Below are positions 35,963 to 50,475 of a DNA stretch of 64,000 nucleotides, in pieces (position 1 is the stretch's first letter; the number at the start of each line of letters is the position of its first letter). The notes under the pieces were generated by a model. It worked only from the letters and a program-made list of their open reading frames with translations, had not been told where the DNA came from and did no database searches. Made by a program: the position numbers and the translations under genes. This DNA is from Octopus vulgaris. Taxonomy: Eukaryota. The DNA lies in assembly GCA_951406725.2 (NCBI GenBank), contig OX597816.1, positions 101,432,001 through 101,496,000 on the forward strand. The letters are read 5' to 3'.

Positions 35963-36833
35963 GTGTGTGCCCTCCCCTTCTTTATGCCTGAGAGACGTGG
36001 GTCACATATCGATACCACCTTAAACAACTGGAACGTTTCCATCAGATGTGTTTCAGACGGATCTATGGCATTAAGTGGGAGGACCGCATCAGTGATCTTG
36101 AGATATTGGAAAGCTCTCGGTGTAAAAGTATGGAAGCTCTTGTGTTGAAGCAACGGCTCAGACGGAGTGGTCATCTGGTCAGGATGAAAGATTCAAGGAT
36201 GCCAAAACAACTCTTTTATGGAGAGTTAGCTAAAGGAGAACAACCTCCATATAAACCAAAAAAGAAGTATAAAGACTTGCTGAAAGCTTCCTTAAGAGAT
36301 GCTAGCATCTCTCCTGACACATGGGAGGGCATAGCTATTGACCGTAGCAGGTGGAGAAGTATTGTAACGAGGAGACAGCTGCTTTTGAGAAATCTCGAGT
36401 TGCGCATGAAAAAGTAAGGAGGGATGTCAGGAAGGGCATCGCTGTTGCACTTCCAGATATTAAGGGTCTTCTTATGATGCTGACATGCAGTGTCTGTGCA
36501 AGACCCTGCCTCAGTAAAGCTGGACTCAAGAATCATCTTCGTAGTCATAAAGCGAGACCGATGATTGACAACCAGGCCGCTAGTGGTGATGCTACACACC
36601 ATACTAAACATATCTGTCTGGCATGTGGAAGGGAGTGTAATTCGGCGGGAGGACTTAAACGACATGCAAAGTTACATGAAGCCCAGTTACAACTACGGCC
36701 GGCTATTGCCGGTAAAGGTTTTAGCTGCCAATTCTGTATAAGATATTGTAGATCTTTAGCCGGGCTAAAAAGTCACGTTCGATCACAGCACTGTTAACAG
36801 TGGCCATACTCGATAACGAGGGGGCAGCCATCA
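35963..36833 (+). mobile_element. RTE-clade LINE 3' fragment with three C2H2 zinc fingers
   Basis: CFRRIYGIKWEDRI, GHLVRM..SRMPKQLFYGEL and DRSRWR, then CSVC..H...H, CLAC..H...H and CQFC..H....H. It ends in a (TATG)n tail. Confidence 0.88.
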
Positions 36834-36886
36834 TGTATGTATGTATGTAAGTATGTATGTATGCATGTATTATGTATGTATGCATG

Positions 36887-36936
<50 letters not shown>

Positions 36937-37431
36937 TATTCACACATAGATAGATACGTCTGTGAATGTGTATGCACGTCATGCATAAATATTCATTTCT
37001 TAGCCAATTTATTTTACGCCTATGATTTAATCCTTAGTACATTGTGTTCCTAGTTTAGTTCTATAGATTATCAGTTATTATTATTTTACGACTAATATAA
37101 ATATAGTGTATATAACAGATTATGTTTTAGATTTAGGCCCATAATTAAAGCATTATTGACGTAAACTCGAGCTGAATGATACTTTAGATTTGTAAGATTT
37201 AGATTTCTTAAATATTCTGCATGCAAAACCAAATATATAACATCCTAGGCATAATACCAACTTGAACTTCTAATTTGTCTCTTGAGGCCTCTGGTTGAGA
37301 CTTGGAGTCAACTTGTACAAATACAAAGCAAAAGTCAAACATAATGATGATGATGATGAGGAGGAGGAGGAGGAGGAGGAGGTGGAGGAGGAGGATGAGG
37401 AGGATTATGATGATAATAATAATAATAATAA

Positions 37432-37629
37432 GCCTTTCTACTATAGGCACTAGGCCTGGAATTTTGCAGTGAGAGGGATAGTCAATTGCATCAACCCCAG
37501 TACTTGACTGGTTCTTAATTTATCGATTCCGAAATGATGAAAGGCAAAGTCAACCTCGGCAGAATTTGAACTCAGAATGTAGCGGCAGACGAAATACCGC
37601 CATGCATTTCTGCATTTCGCCCGGTGTGC

Positions 37630-37632
<3 letters not shown>
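37432..37632 (-). mobile_element. tRNA-derived SINE
   Basis: The minus strand has the GAGTTCAAATTCTGCCGAGGTTGACTTTGCCTTTCATC core. Confidence 0.75.
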
Positions 37633-37671
<39 letters not shown>

Positions 37672-38449
37672 TAAATTTATTGTAGATTAGAGGATAACAG
37701 ATTAGGTAAAAATACCTTGCAGTATAGAGTTACGTCTGTTTACGTATTTACAGTATTAAGTTTCGTCTGTTTATGTAGGTTCCACACCCGCTGAGATTCG
37801 CTTTGGCTTTCATCTTTCAGGAACAAAGTTAAACCAAAGAACCGAGACCAATTTAATCTATTTTCCCACCCCTGCAATATGTGCTCTTTTGTGCATGTAA
37901 ATACTTTATTATTATTATCATTTCCATTTCACTTCACATATCTCTCGATTTCATTTGCTCAGGTTAATTCTGTGAGAGCCGACAACCTGTTGCCAAGGAT
38001 CTCACAGGATCTATTTCTGCACTTAACATCCAAGTAGCAATCTCAAAATCCTAGCTGCCCACATTATTATTATTATTATTGTTGTTGTTGTTGTCGCCAT
38101 ATCTGAAGGTGTGTTTTTGGAGCGCTGTAAGTTTATGACTAATTCACTTGTTTTAAAAGGTTCTATACTAAATTTTGCTGTTTAAATCATTTTGCAATCT
38201 AGATTCCCTTCTGGAGAGGTGCTGACGTTTGTTTACCAAAGCCCCATTTTGGGGGTGATACAAACTTTTTTTGTTTTCAAATGTCTTCGAAAATTTGCTT
38301 CGATGAAAGTAAACGTTGAAGATGGCGACGAAACACGGGAGTGAGGAAAGAAATTAGTACGGCAGTTTGCATGAGGACTTCCCAGTCCTACCCACCATGA
38401 TTGGCAGTAGACAGCAGGAAGAAGTGGCTAGTGGCGTGAGTCCTTATTG

Positions 38450-38595
38450 GAAGAAGAAGAAGAAGAAGAAGAAGAAGAAGAAGAAGAAGAAGAAGAAGAA
38501 GAAGAAGAAGAAGAAGAAGAAGAAGAAGAAGAAGAAGAAGAAGAAGAAGAAGAAGAAGAAGAAGAAGAAGAAGAAGAAGAAGAAGAAGAAGAAGA
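38450..38595 (+). repeat. (GAA)n microsatellite, about 48 pure units
   Basis: Seen directly in the sequence. Confidence 0.97.
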
Positions 38596-39918
38596 GCAGA
38601 AAGAAGGCGAGAGGAAGGAAGAAGTAAAGTCTTCCTCACTACATGGATGTTGTAGTAGCACGAAGAACAACATTAACAACAATTACGAAGAGTCTAACAA
38701 AAATGGAGTAAACGGCGGGAAAGAGATTTTTGCAAATATCACGGCAGCTAAGGAATTGGTTAAAATCTCATTGGAGAACAAAATAGAACTAAACAAGGCA
38801 GCAAAATATATGAAAATAAATGGAAGGAGGGCAGAATTGACGCCTCCAAGCGACTTCCTTGAAGCAACAGCCAAACGGACAGTTGTCTACAGGTGCGTGA
38901 ACAAAAGACAAAGAAAAACGAAAACGCTAAACGCGACCAGGTGGGAAAAGCCTTGAAAGACATATGGCAGGATATCCACCACATTGCGCGAGCGAAGCAG
39001 TACAACGGAGTAGAGGTCCTTTTTAGGACCGATGGGCAAGCGATGCAGAGTTCAGTGACCACGCGTCGCATCGAGGAAATATCACTTTTATTATTATTAT
39101 TATTATCATTATTATTATTATTCAGTAGTATATTTTTTATATCGTGCTTTCATTTCACTATTGTTAAATTAAGTACTAGTTGTGTACTGGGGTCGATCTA
39201 ATCGACAACCCCGTCCCCCAAATTTGAGGCCTTGTGCCTATAGCAAAAAGCGTTATTGTTATTATTATCATTATTATTATTATCATTATTATTATCATTA
39301 TTATCATTATTATTATTATTATTTATTATCATTATTATTATTATTATTATCATCATCATTATCATTATCATTTACATTATTATTCACAACAGAGCGGTGA
39401 AAACGTTTCTGAAGTAATATTGCTCTTGAATAGCTAAACAAGTCGAATATGTTGCCGTTGCCACGGAGGACAAAACTGTTTCTTTTTTACCTTTTTATAT
39501 GGATTTATACTAAACAAGATATCCTGGATTAATTTAGAGTTATTTTCACCAAAATAAATGAGATAGATGGGTTTTAATATTTTCTACTTTTGGAAATATA
39601 GGCATTTGCAACAAAAAGATATATTCCTTCCTCCAACAAACAAAGAACGAAAATGTTGATGGAACTGTCACTTGCCAAAACATTAACTAAAAGGAAAAAT
39701 GTTTAATTGACAAAGGGCACACATACAAAGCAAAATAATGACATATGTCTAAAAATAAATAGAGACTTTACTAAATGTAATGTTAGCACAACACAATGCA
39801 TCATCGAATGAAGGTCCTGTCAAGTCAGAATCATTTTAGGCCTTTGTTTTCATACGTTATTAGTAATACTCAAAAAATGTGTTGACATAAATGACCATAA
39901 TGCTTATTCAGGAACAAG

Positions 39919-40137
39919 AAGGCGGCGAACAAGAAAAATCGTTACCGCAATGGGCAAAATGCTTAGCTGCATTTCTTCCAGCTTTACGTTCCGTGTAAAA
40001 ATTCTGCTGAGGTCGACTTCGCCATTCATCCTTTCAGGATCGATAAAATAAGTACCAGTTGAGCACTAGAGTTGATGTAATCCGACTACCCCTTCTTTAA
40101 AAATTTCAGACCTTGTGCCTATCGTAGAAAGAACTAT
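39919..40137 (+). mobile_element. tRNA-derived SINE
   Basis: AAGGCGGCGA head and a GAGGTCGACTTCGCCATTCATCC...TCGATAAAATAAGTACCAG core. Confidence 0.75.
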
Positions 40138-43100
40138 TAGGGAATGAGAAAGAAACGCTAGGAAAATGTGGGCTATACTTGTCCTATTAAACAACAGTTA
40201 CGTGATACGGGATTTTAAAGAATATCAAGTCAACTAGCCGAGGCAAATCCCATGAGTCTTTATGTGTAGTTTTTAGTGATCGGATCAAAGCAAGTAGACA
40301 GACCAATCAGATGCAATGTACACTTGTGGCCATACATTTGAGCCACAATCCTTGGGACGACGGAATACGATGGTCAGAACTGAGGATGTCGGCAACTTCG
40401 TAGACTCTTGGTTCATCGTTACTTTCGTGGTACAATGTGTAGGTAGAAGTACTGAGTTTATGAAGAATGACGTGTGGCCGGGAGGGGTCAAGGTGAATAT
40501 TCAAGAACTCAAGACTTTTGAAGATCTCCTCTCAGCTGGGTGCGAAAAGTAAAAAGATGAAACCGATGGCGAAGAGTATGAGGCCCAGATGGTCCCCGAG
40601 GTAGCAAAAATTACTAGGGGAATCTTGTTCAGAGGAAAAGCAGACGAAAAGAAAGAGAACAGGAGCAGAATCATCGACGATGAGCTATTATTCACAAAGC
40701 ACAATCGATCGAATAAAAACTGTATTCTTAGTACTTGAGAGAGAGAGGGGGGCTTAGCAAAGTTCTCCTTGTTGGATCATGTCTATGGTGTGCGGATATG
40801 TAGGCTGCAGTTCCTACTGTATTCTCAGGCCTAAGTCATCCTCCTTTTCCCGTCACTAGTCTTGAAGCTCTGGAAAGCCATAGGACTGACGTTCCTTCTT
40901 TAACTAAGTTCTGATTAAACCCTGCTGCAGCTGCTTTTGACTTTCAGCATTCTAAGGGTGATAAGTCTTTCTTTTGCGTTATATTCTCTTCAACGAGATC
41001 TACGTTTGGAGAGAGAGGGCGTTTGTATGTGAGTGAATGCTTGGCTGTATATGTGCATTGTATTGGCAGTAATGTAGGGTGCTACAGATGAATAGTGTTG
41101 CGACGGTTGTGTAATGAAACCAATGCATTACTTTATATTTTGTTGAAACTTCACGGTTGGGCAGTGATTAAGATACAAATGTGCTATACGAGCCCATTGC
41201 ATGTTTGCACAAATCGGAATTCGATTAAACTGACCCCAGATATTAATACTTTGACAGGCACTTTAGTTTATTCACTAAATTGAGCCGAGGTCGGTTTGAA
41301 CTCACAACATAACGATAGGAACAAATACCACATTTTTTCCGCCCCGCTAAAGATTCTGTCATTCTACCGCCCTGGTCAATAAAATAAGTTTCCTTTCTTT
41401 CTAGTAACAACAAGTCGGCGAACGATGTGTGGTGATGTTGCTTAAAAAACGATGTGTATTTGTCAAAGAAGTCTCATTCGAGAATACGAACATGATTTTT
41501 CCCGTTGCCTTCCTTTGAATAATACTGCAATACAATATCTTGTAAAAATTTTAATCGATTAGATACAGACAAGTTTTCCACATCTGCCTAGGCATTCAGA
41601 ACTTACAACGATGTGACAGTTCCACCAGTCGACTAGTACTTTATTTTTTCAACCCCAGTGGGGAATAAAATAAATCTCGGCAGGATTTGAATTCAGAAAG
41701 CAAAGAACTAGAACAGCAAAGCATTTTGTGCACTGTTCTTGCAATTCCGTCAATCCACCGACCTCGACAAGATATTTGATATTATCGACCCCTGGAAAGA
41801 TGAAAGACAAAGTTGATCTCATAAAATAAGTTGTACCTGTAACATATTGGATTCGATATATAAGCTTCAGTAAACATCACAGCAAAATTTTGGCCTTATG
41901 CCGATATTTAAAATCGTTATTTAGTTACGTCCCTCTATGCTTCTTCGCTCAAATTCCACCATGGTCGATTCTACTTTTCATCTTCTAGGGAATCGATAAA
42001 TAAGTCCCAGTCAAGTACTGAAGTCGATAATAATTAACTGTAACTCCCACTCAGAGTACCTTTTACTCAACACACTGTAACCGTTACTTATTATTATTAT
42101 TATCATTGTTGCTGTTTATCCCAACCATATCCAGTTTTTCAACCACATTGTACCTCAGCTTACATGATTCAATGTGTCGATTTTATAAAACTGCGGGGGT
42201 GTGATTTGAGGATGATTTGGCTGCTAAGTATCTAAGTGTTTTTAAAATATAATGTAAAACTTTACAAAATACATTTTAAGCTTTGGCACCTTGAAAAGCG
42301 TGTTATTCATAAATTGGTTATGCACAAGCATAATTAATAAAATAAGGTAAGAAATAGTTTTGTTTATTTCGTTTTTCTTCTTTTGCTTTAAAACAGTTTT
42401 GTTTCAACTTTACGTGTTAAGCCTGTTAGTAATTTTTGTTGAACTCTAGTGTGCCACGAAATGTAAAGGATCGACAACCACTGATGAAGAGAATCATTCG
42501 CCTCATTACACACAACTACTCCAATCATTTTACTACACGCGCTGCAACTGTTTCTTTATTGTATACCCAGCAACTGTTCAGTCGTTTGCACACTGGAATA
42601 GTTTCCGCATTATATTCAATAGAACGGTTTCATCGGTATATAACCAGCCTACAGTAACCTTTCCGTTATATACAATGCTGCTGTTTCTTCTCCCTGCACC
42701 TGATAGAAGCTAGTAAACTATTCATATGTGTACCATAATGGTTTCTCTATTATGCATCCATACACCTATACAACCATACACCCAGCAGTAGACAGAGCCT
42801 CGATTGTCCACTGTCCACACCCTGTCTGTATTAGCATTGATGTCTACAAGCTAGTGCACATGTCCTAGCATATGTACATACGTACGCCATTGTGCTACAG
42901 CAGCTCGCTGCACCAAATGCATATCTTCAACCCCACATAAGGTAGATGTCAACGACTTGGTTTATTTATCTCTCGTCTAGCAGGCTACCCCTCCCACCGC
43001 TACCACCACATCAAACACACATACCTAGACAGACACACACACACACACACATACATACACATATTTCTTCAGTTCACCTCTCTTCTGCGCTCTCCCTATT

Positions 43101-43258
43101 TCTCTCCCCTCACTCTCTCTTCCTCTCTCTCATTTCTTCTCTACTCTCCTGTTTTGAAACTTGTTCTCTCTATTTTACACACACGTGTACTCATACATAC
43201 AACACACACAAACACATACATACATACATATATATATGTATGTATGTATGCATGCATA

Positions 43259-43294
<36 letters not shown>

Positions 43295-43640
43295 TGTATG
43301 TATGTATGTATGTATGTATGTATGCATGCATGCATGTATGTATATTCGTTTCCTGAACGATCAAACATAGCTAAGATCTTGTAGTCGCGACGAAGTGATT
43401 CATCAGCCTTTTCAAAATAAATAAACTCTACAACATATTGGGTACACTTTCTCCCGTTTGTAACCTCAGACTTTTGTACGTCTGAGTGGGGGTGGGGGCA
43501 TGTGTCCTTTATAAGCATATCTAACTATCTCTCTATCTATACCTGTCTGTGTAGTCATCCAATGTTATACTTCTGCGTCTATCTTTATCAGTTTATTTGT
43601 TTTATCTTTGTCACGTTCTCCGCCCTCTGTCTCGCTCTCT

Positions 43641-43715
<75 letters not shown>

Positions 43716-43793
43716 ACTCCTTCTTTCATATTTAAATATAAAATCGCATGCATTTGTGCACACACATCTGCGCGCGTGCACATAAATGTGATA

Positions 43794-43850
<57 letters not shown>

Positions 43851-44439
43851 GTGATGGTGATGATGATAAGCAGTCCATATGTATACATCCCGCCTAAGAA
43901 ACTCTTACAATCCGGAGCCAAGTATGTAAAAAGGTATAAGTAATGGACAAAGCTATATGTTATTTCAACCACTGACTGAAGATATGATATCTAGAACATG
44001 AGGCAAATGGAGGGACTAGGTAAATGAGATTGGTTTACTGGCAGTCACTTTTGTTTAACGGATTACATGCATGTGGTCGCTCGATCCGCTAAAGGTAGTG
44101 ATCAAAACTCTCACAAAACACATTCAACCGTCTTCACTAAAGGCGATATTGAACAGGTTTGTCAAGACTAGAATACCTTTCATCATAGTCTTGTTCGTCT
44201 ACGACAGCAACACAAAGTTTACGAGGAGCCAAAGAAAAGGTCTCCACACCTATAAGACAGCAGCCAAGTTTTCATAAAATCATACTGTAACGGCTTCAGC
44301 AAGTAAAGGACATATTGGACTCTTTGTCATATGTAGGACGATTTTCATCATCTTCCTGCGATGTTTTAAACACAACACGTATTATCCTCGGATGAATACT
44401 GCAGTAAATTTGCTTTCCATGATGTTTGTATGTTGTTTT

Positions 44440-44640
44440 CAAGGCCAGCAAGTTCGGGGAAGGGAGTACAATTGAATGCATAGACTCCAATACTCTACAA
44501 ATATTTATTTTATCGACTCCAAAAGGATGAAATGCAAACTGGACCTCGGAGGAATTTGAACTCAAAACTTAAAGACGGACAAAATGCCACTAAGCAGTTT
44601 GCCTGGCGTGCTAACAATTCTGCCAGCTCACTACCTTAAC
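44440..44640 (-). mobile_element. tRNA-derived SINE
   Basis: The minus strand has an AAGGTAGTGAGCTGGCAGAATTGTTAGCACGCC head and the B box GAGTTCAAATTCC. Confidence 0.75.
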
Positions 44641-47445
44641 GTTGTGCTTATATTGAGTATGTTCATAGATGGCTAATTTATATTAATAATGTCTCATGAA
44701 ATTATTATCTTCTGTATAATAACTGGCAGTGAATTCTGAAAATATGTACACATAATGTCGAAGAACAGTCAAAGTGATAAGTGTACGAACATATGTCTCT
44801 TCTAACGCATAGCGAAGGATACGTTACTTTGGAATAGTATTTTTCTTATTAATATCTACGCCCAGAAAGAAGATACTGAAAATGAACTCGTGGATTTCGT
44901 TCGTAGTTAAGAGTATAATAACTACTTCCTGGAAACAATTAATCTGTATGGAAAATCTCTCTCTCTCTCTCCTCTTCTCTTCTCTCTCAGCTGCGAAACT
45001 GTTAACGTTCTATGACGAAAAGAAGAAAAATAGCACTATTTCATGAATGTCTTCTAAAATGTAATTATTTTCAAACTACAAGAAATGTCTGGCTTCGTCA
45101 AATTTTTAATATAATTTAATTTATTTGACTAAAGTTATGCCAGACTGACGATTTCAAAAATGAGTGAAATGAGGCTATACATGATTAACTATAAGAAAGA
45201 AATTTTTTAAATAATCATAATGATTTAAAAAATTAGATATGTACATGTCATGAATCTTCTTTCTTGCTTTGCGATTTAAAATTCAAAATTCTAATCGCAC
45301 GAAGATTGCTCTAATGATTGTCTGCCTTACAATAAATGACCTCCGAGGCGCACTGCATGTAAAAATGTGTATTTGAGTGTGTGCATGCATGTATATATGT
45401 ATGTAAGTGTTCATATACACATACTCATAGGTTTGTTGAAAAGCAACAGAAATAGAGCCGAATACACAAAAGTATATATACTTTCCCGCCTATTCAGTTA
45501 CAGTTTGTGTGTGTGCGAGAGGGAGAGAGAGAGTGCGTGTGTGGGTGTATGTGCATCATGACTAAGTTCAGCAATTATAGTGGATGAGGCAGCAAATGTG
45601 GCCTCTGTAAATATAAGATCAGCAATGAATATTTTAAACATTATGTAGAAAACCTTTCCCCTTGCATGCACAACAAACAATTCAACAACTCTGCCATCCC
45701 CCAACCTGGATAAGTTCTTTTGATATCGAATATCTGAAAATTATGCTTTATATATACATCATACAGTAAAGATATATGCATGCATGAACTTATGCTAGAT
45801 TCTCACACTCCAGAGATATATATGCATAGAACATATTCATATGGTTAATTCAAAGGAGATAACAATCAAGGTATTCTTATAAGTTACCTCCCGTGATCTG
45901 TGCATTTATTTCGAAATCCTGTTCAGTCTCGTGAAACCTGCGTACTCTCATCCAAAATTGTGACGAGTTCCAGCACTTCCATGCGACACGCTTAGGTACT
46001 TTGTATATTACGACTAAAACAGTAGCAAAACCAATTGCTCGAATAACTACATGTACCAATGTAAAAAGAAAATCTGAGTAAAGCAGCTACCGGTACATAT
46101 ACTCTTTCTCATTGATTTTAACCAAGTGCTGGGTTATAATTGTATCTGCTTTGTTGTGTTTTCATTATTATATTCGAAAGATGATTTACTGAAAATGTTC
46201 CACCAATATTTCTTCTTCTGTAATGTATGTATGTATGTATTCAACATCAAAGATATTTTCTGCGGAGTACATTTGTAAAAGCGTTACGGGTGATTGTAGG
46301 CCTGTGCAATTTGCATGATCAGAAATTATATAAACTTGCAGAAATAACTTAACTTAGTCAAGTACAAGGATGATGTATATTATTTTAGCAACATCATTTA
46401 TGCCATATTAGAAGTTAGTAATTGACTGGAAAATATTGGCAGTTGTTAATCACATGTGTAATATTTTTCAAATATATTTGTAATTAATAGAAGTTGAAAT
46501 TTCATTCTTAGTTGGAGAAAGAAAACAATGACCTAATGTTGATTGTTAGCAACTCTCAGAAAAAAAGAAAGAATTTCAAAATATTAAAGTTAATCACTCA
46601 AAAGAACCGCTTTGAGTATGCTTTGATCTGTTGGACTTCATCATAGTATGGTCTAAGCAAACGTGTTTGATGAGGTGACATAGGCTTTCTAATTTGCGCA
46701 GTTAACGATCTAAAGGAATTAACTCTACTTGCTCAATGGCACGGATTTAAATAATTAAATTAAGCGATGATCAACTAAATGTCATACACAAAAAAATCTT
46801 CATTAATTGAAATATTTCCTTTAGATTGGGGAAAAAGAAACAAAAGTTTCACAGCATTATATATCATTTTAGCAACAATCTTTATGCCATATTAGAAGTC
46901 AGTACTAAATTGTTAGCAGCTGTTAATCACGTGTTCAACATCGTCCATAGTTACGAGAGATTTCCAGTTGCATCTGGGACTTTAAGCCTTTCATTGCCTC
47001 TTTTACTCAGTAGATAGTTCAAATCTCTTGCTCTTGGATTGAAAAAGCATAATCTTCGAAATGTGAAAAAAAGCAAGTCATGAGTCCAAGAGGAGCTACA
47101 ATTCCCTGCTCAGTTATAGGTATGCATGAACTCTTCTGTTTTTAATTAAAATCTTCCACTGATAGATCAAACTACACGTCTCTCCTATCATCATCCACAT
47201 CTCGTCTAGTCACAGTCCTTACACCCAACTTTAACCCATTTAATCAGAGAATATCGTCCCTGTAGAACTCCCTCCATGGGCATGTATTTCCTGAAGTTAA
47301 CATGCATGAGTTACAGCTCAAGCCTTAAATGACCAAACAAACAATCGATCGCGGAGCGATATTTGATGGGTCGCATACAGATGCTCTATGCCTTTATATA
47401 TTAAGAAGTGGACACACAAGACGTGAATGAAATAGGGTTACCAGA

Positions 47446-47682
47446 AAGGCGGGGAACTAGCAGAATCGCTAGCACGCCGAGCGAAATGCTTAGCGGTGTT
47501 TCGTCTGCCTTTACGTTCTGAGTTTAAATTCCGCCGAGGTCGACTTTGCCTTTCATCCTTTGGGGGTCAATAAATTAAGTACCAGTTATGCACTGGGGTC
47601 GATGCAATCGACTTAATCCCTTTGTCAGTCCTTGTTTGTCCCCTCTACGTTTAGCCCCTTGTGGGCAACAAAGAAATAAGAA
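47446..47682 (+). mobile_element. tRNA-derived SINE (well-preserved copy)
   Basis: Head AAGGCGGGGAACTAGCAGAATCG, B-box-like GAGTTTAAATTCC, the family core and an A-rich tail. Confidence 0.82.
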
Positions 47683-47899
47683 AGTGCGTGGAACCAATTG
47701 GGCGAATTGTATCTATAATTCACTGATTTTTGCTTCAGAATTACATTGAAATACAAGATTTAGTGGTAAATCTAACCACTTACACGTTAATTCATTGAGC
47801 AGAGAGTTCAGTTGTCTCGTCATGGAAACCAATAGAGATCCATTAAGATATTACGTAGGAGACGACCGCTGTGTCTTTTGACTTGCCAAGTAATAGTTT

Positions 47900-49850
47900 C
47901 CATAACAAAGCATGTCAATATTCAACATCATTTTCAATCTTTACATCTAAATCACGATCGAGATTTTTTTTCTTGAAAGGCGGAGTTAGAAAAATTAAAA
48001 TACCACTAAATTCTCAACAACTGATTTTCTAGACAGTTTGTAAGAAATCTCTATCGGCAGCGACAGCTTCATTACGTGTGATCCGTATTTTTCGCACACC
48101 AAAGAAAAACCTTTTAAATGTGGCGAGGTATTAAAAGGAAGCTGCATCTGTCAGAAACTACTAATTCTGTATTTGAAAAATATTAAAAACCAACAAGAAG
48201 TTATCGATTCCGCGGCAAGTATGCAGTTATCAAGACAGTTGTGACAAGGTGGCTTGAAAAGAAGGCAACTGAAGTACGTTCCCTAAAAACGACTTTAAAT
48301 AATATGCTTGGGTTTGGATCGGTTGGATTAATCACTTGACGCGTGTGACATGACACAAGCATATTTTCACGATTGCTTTTCCTGATTCCACTTCAGAGGA
48401 ATAATCAGCATTATTCCTATGAAAGAAGGAACAGCTGAAGAAGATATAAATATATTTTTAGAAGATTCGTAGCATCGGAAAATATACCAATAAAAAACAT
48501 TTATACCTACTGCGAAAGATGTTGCACTAGAAATTAAAATGGCTCTATTGATAATTTTTTTTTTAATTCTAAATTTTATTTCTTACCATTGCATAATACA
48601 GCAACAAGCGTTATTTAAGAATTTAATCTTGATGACGAACCAGTAACTGCAAAAATTCAATTTTATTAGAACCAAAGCACAATAAAGTTTGTCACAATTT
48701 CCTTCACAAGTTGGTGCACACGTTAGAGACTTGCTTCATAATGAAGCGAAGTGGTTGTGGAAAGTATCAAGCAGTGGATGCCACATATCAAAGATTTTCA
48801 TAACAAAGAACAAATATAGCATTTCTTGAAGACAAAGAATGACTTTGAAGTAAAGAAGTGTTAACAGATATCACAAAACTATAGGCGAATGATAAGGAAG
48901 TTGATTTCGGTGCAGAAGGTCCCAGGCTTAATCCCACAACTTGACATCTTGGATAAATGCCCTTCTCTATAGCCTAGAATCGGTCTATACCTAGTGAGAG
49001 AAATTAGGCAGAAAGAAACTATATAGAAAGCCATCGGGTAGATTGTACCTGTAACTCAAAGTACAACTTTCTATCGCACATTGTGTCACGCTGATTCTGT
49101 CTGACAATTACGTTAGGCGTAAATATTTCTATGGAATGCTCAGTCACTAACACATTAATTCAGGAGCAAGTAATTCGGTTGATCGAACAAATGAGTCTTC
49201 ATCGTCAAACTATAGACATCGACAACTACCACCATAACAAAATTAAATGATTTGAATATTGCATTCCAAATTAAAAATTAAAAAATTATATCAGTCAGGA
49301 TTTTTCATAACTTTTTTAAAAATGAAATTAGTTCAAAAAATTGATCCCTGATACATATATATCAAAGATTTGTCTGATAAAATTAGTCTAACTTCAATCG
49401 CAAACCATGATAATTATGAAGAATTTGTAATGCTTCTAGAAAATATCCTGAGTCAATTTGAAAAGTGATATAATGGTTTAATTTGTTTTCTTTTCGCCTT
49501 TCCGCCCGGTGCAAATAACATGGAAGTTGTGTGTCAAGAACTACTTGGAAAACAGTTTAATTTATATGTTAGGGATTTAGATATATAGATTGTTAATTTA
49601 CAAAGAAAGCAACATTCTTTTGAAATCAAAAAAATTACAAATTCACCAAAAGTGAAGATTACTGACTTCTGATCAGTATCCACAACTGAAAGATGCTTAT
49701 CATCGGCTGCTGTTATGTTTTGGTGGAACAGGCATGTGTTAAGTAAAGCTTCCTTGTATGTATATTAAATGTGAATATCAAATATGAACAACTCAGAACC
49801 ATCATGGATGTCTTTCGGAAAATTACAATTTTAAACTCTGGTTTCAAATA
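47900..49850 (+). pseudogene. Fossil hAT (Charlie/SPIN/Buster-like) transposase, interrupted by a SINE at about 48880-49230
   Basis: Manual translation gives ordered remnants KPFKCGEVLK, QLSRQ, YHCIIQQQAL, LLHNEAKWL and LLCFGGTGMC. These correspond to the hAT blocks KPF..GE, CxxH, RW and FGSTYxCE. Confidence 0.65.
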
Positions 49851-50129
49851 TATATTAAAACATGACACTAAATTATCTACTTTTAAAACGTGTATTTTGC
49901 ATATTTAGTTATGTAGCTGGAAAATATAGACATAATATTCAAAGCGTGTTAAACATTTGGAGCATTTTCAGCAAAAGTATCTTCAATAAATAAATTTTGC
50001 ATCAATCTTGGAGAGTCTGTGTGAGTGATGATGATGTCTTGAAACAAATATTGTAAGTATAGAATCGCTCTGGTGACATAGCAGACATATATGGACAAGT
50101 CATATATATCGTAAGGAAAATGAGAAAAG

Positions 50130-50475
50130 CCCAAAGCATTTCCCTGTGTTCTATGGAAAATCCTTTTACAAACGGGAGTTAAAATACAAATACTTCCTTA
50201 AATCTGTTCTGAACTGAAAAATAATAATTGGATGACATGTTGAGAACTAATTGCAAACGCTATGGAATTGGAGAAGAATAGGCTCAATGCGTACAGTGAA
50301 TTTGAAGAAACAGAGCACAGAGAAAAGTACACACTATGATTATCAATAATCCTTTCAAATGTTCATCTTGTAAAGATATCTATGGCTGGTCATGTTAGAC
50401 ACACTCGAAGGTACATGAACCAAATCAAGCTAATCGTCTTTCCCACCTGAAAGAACAGATGCCTGCCAATCATGA
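50130..50475 (+). mobile_element. Decayed RTE 3' end fragment
   Basis: An FYG..KYK..LKS-like stretch is followed by the zinc-finger remnant FKCSSC...THSKVH. Confidence 0.4.

Noticed and set aside
40270-40930. Possible LINE ORF1 zinc-knuckle remnant on the minus strand
   Set aside because: Only a frameshifted RRP..C..C...IASD-like trace is visible, too degraded to call.
46380-46940. Diverged direct repeat of about 85 bp (46380-46465 and 46862-46940)
   Set aside because: The similarity is real, but there are no LTR/TIR hallmarks or TSD. It is probably an old local duplication.
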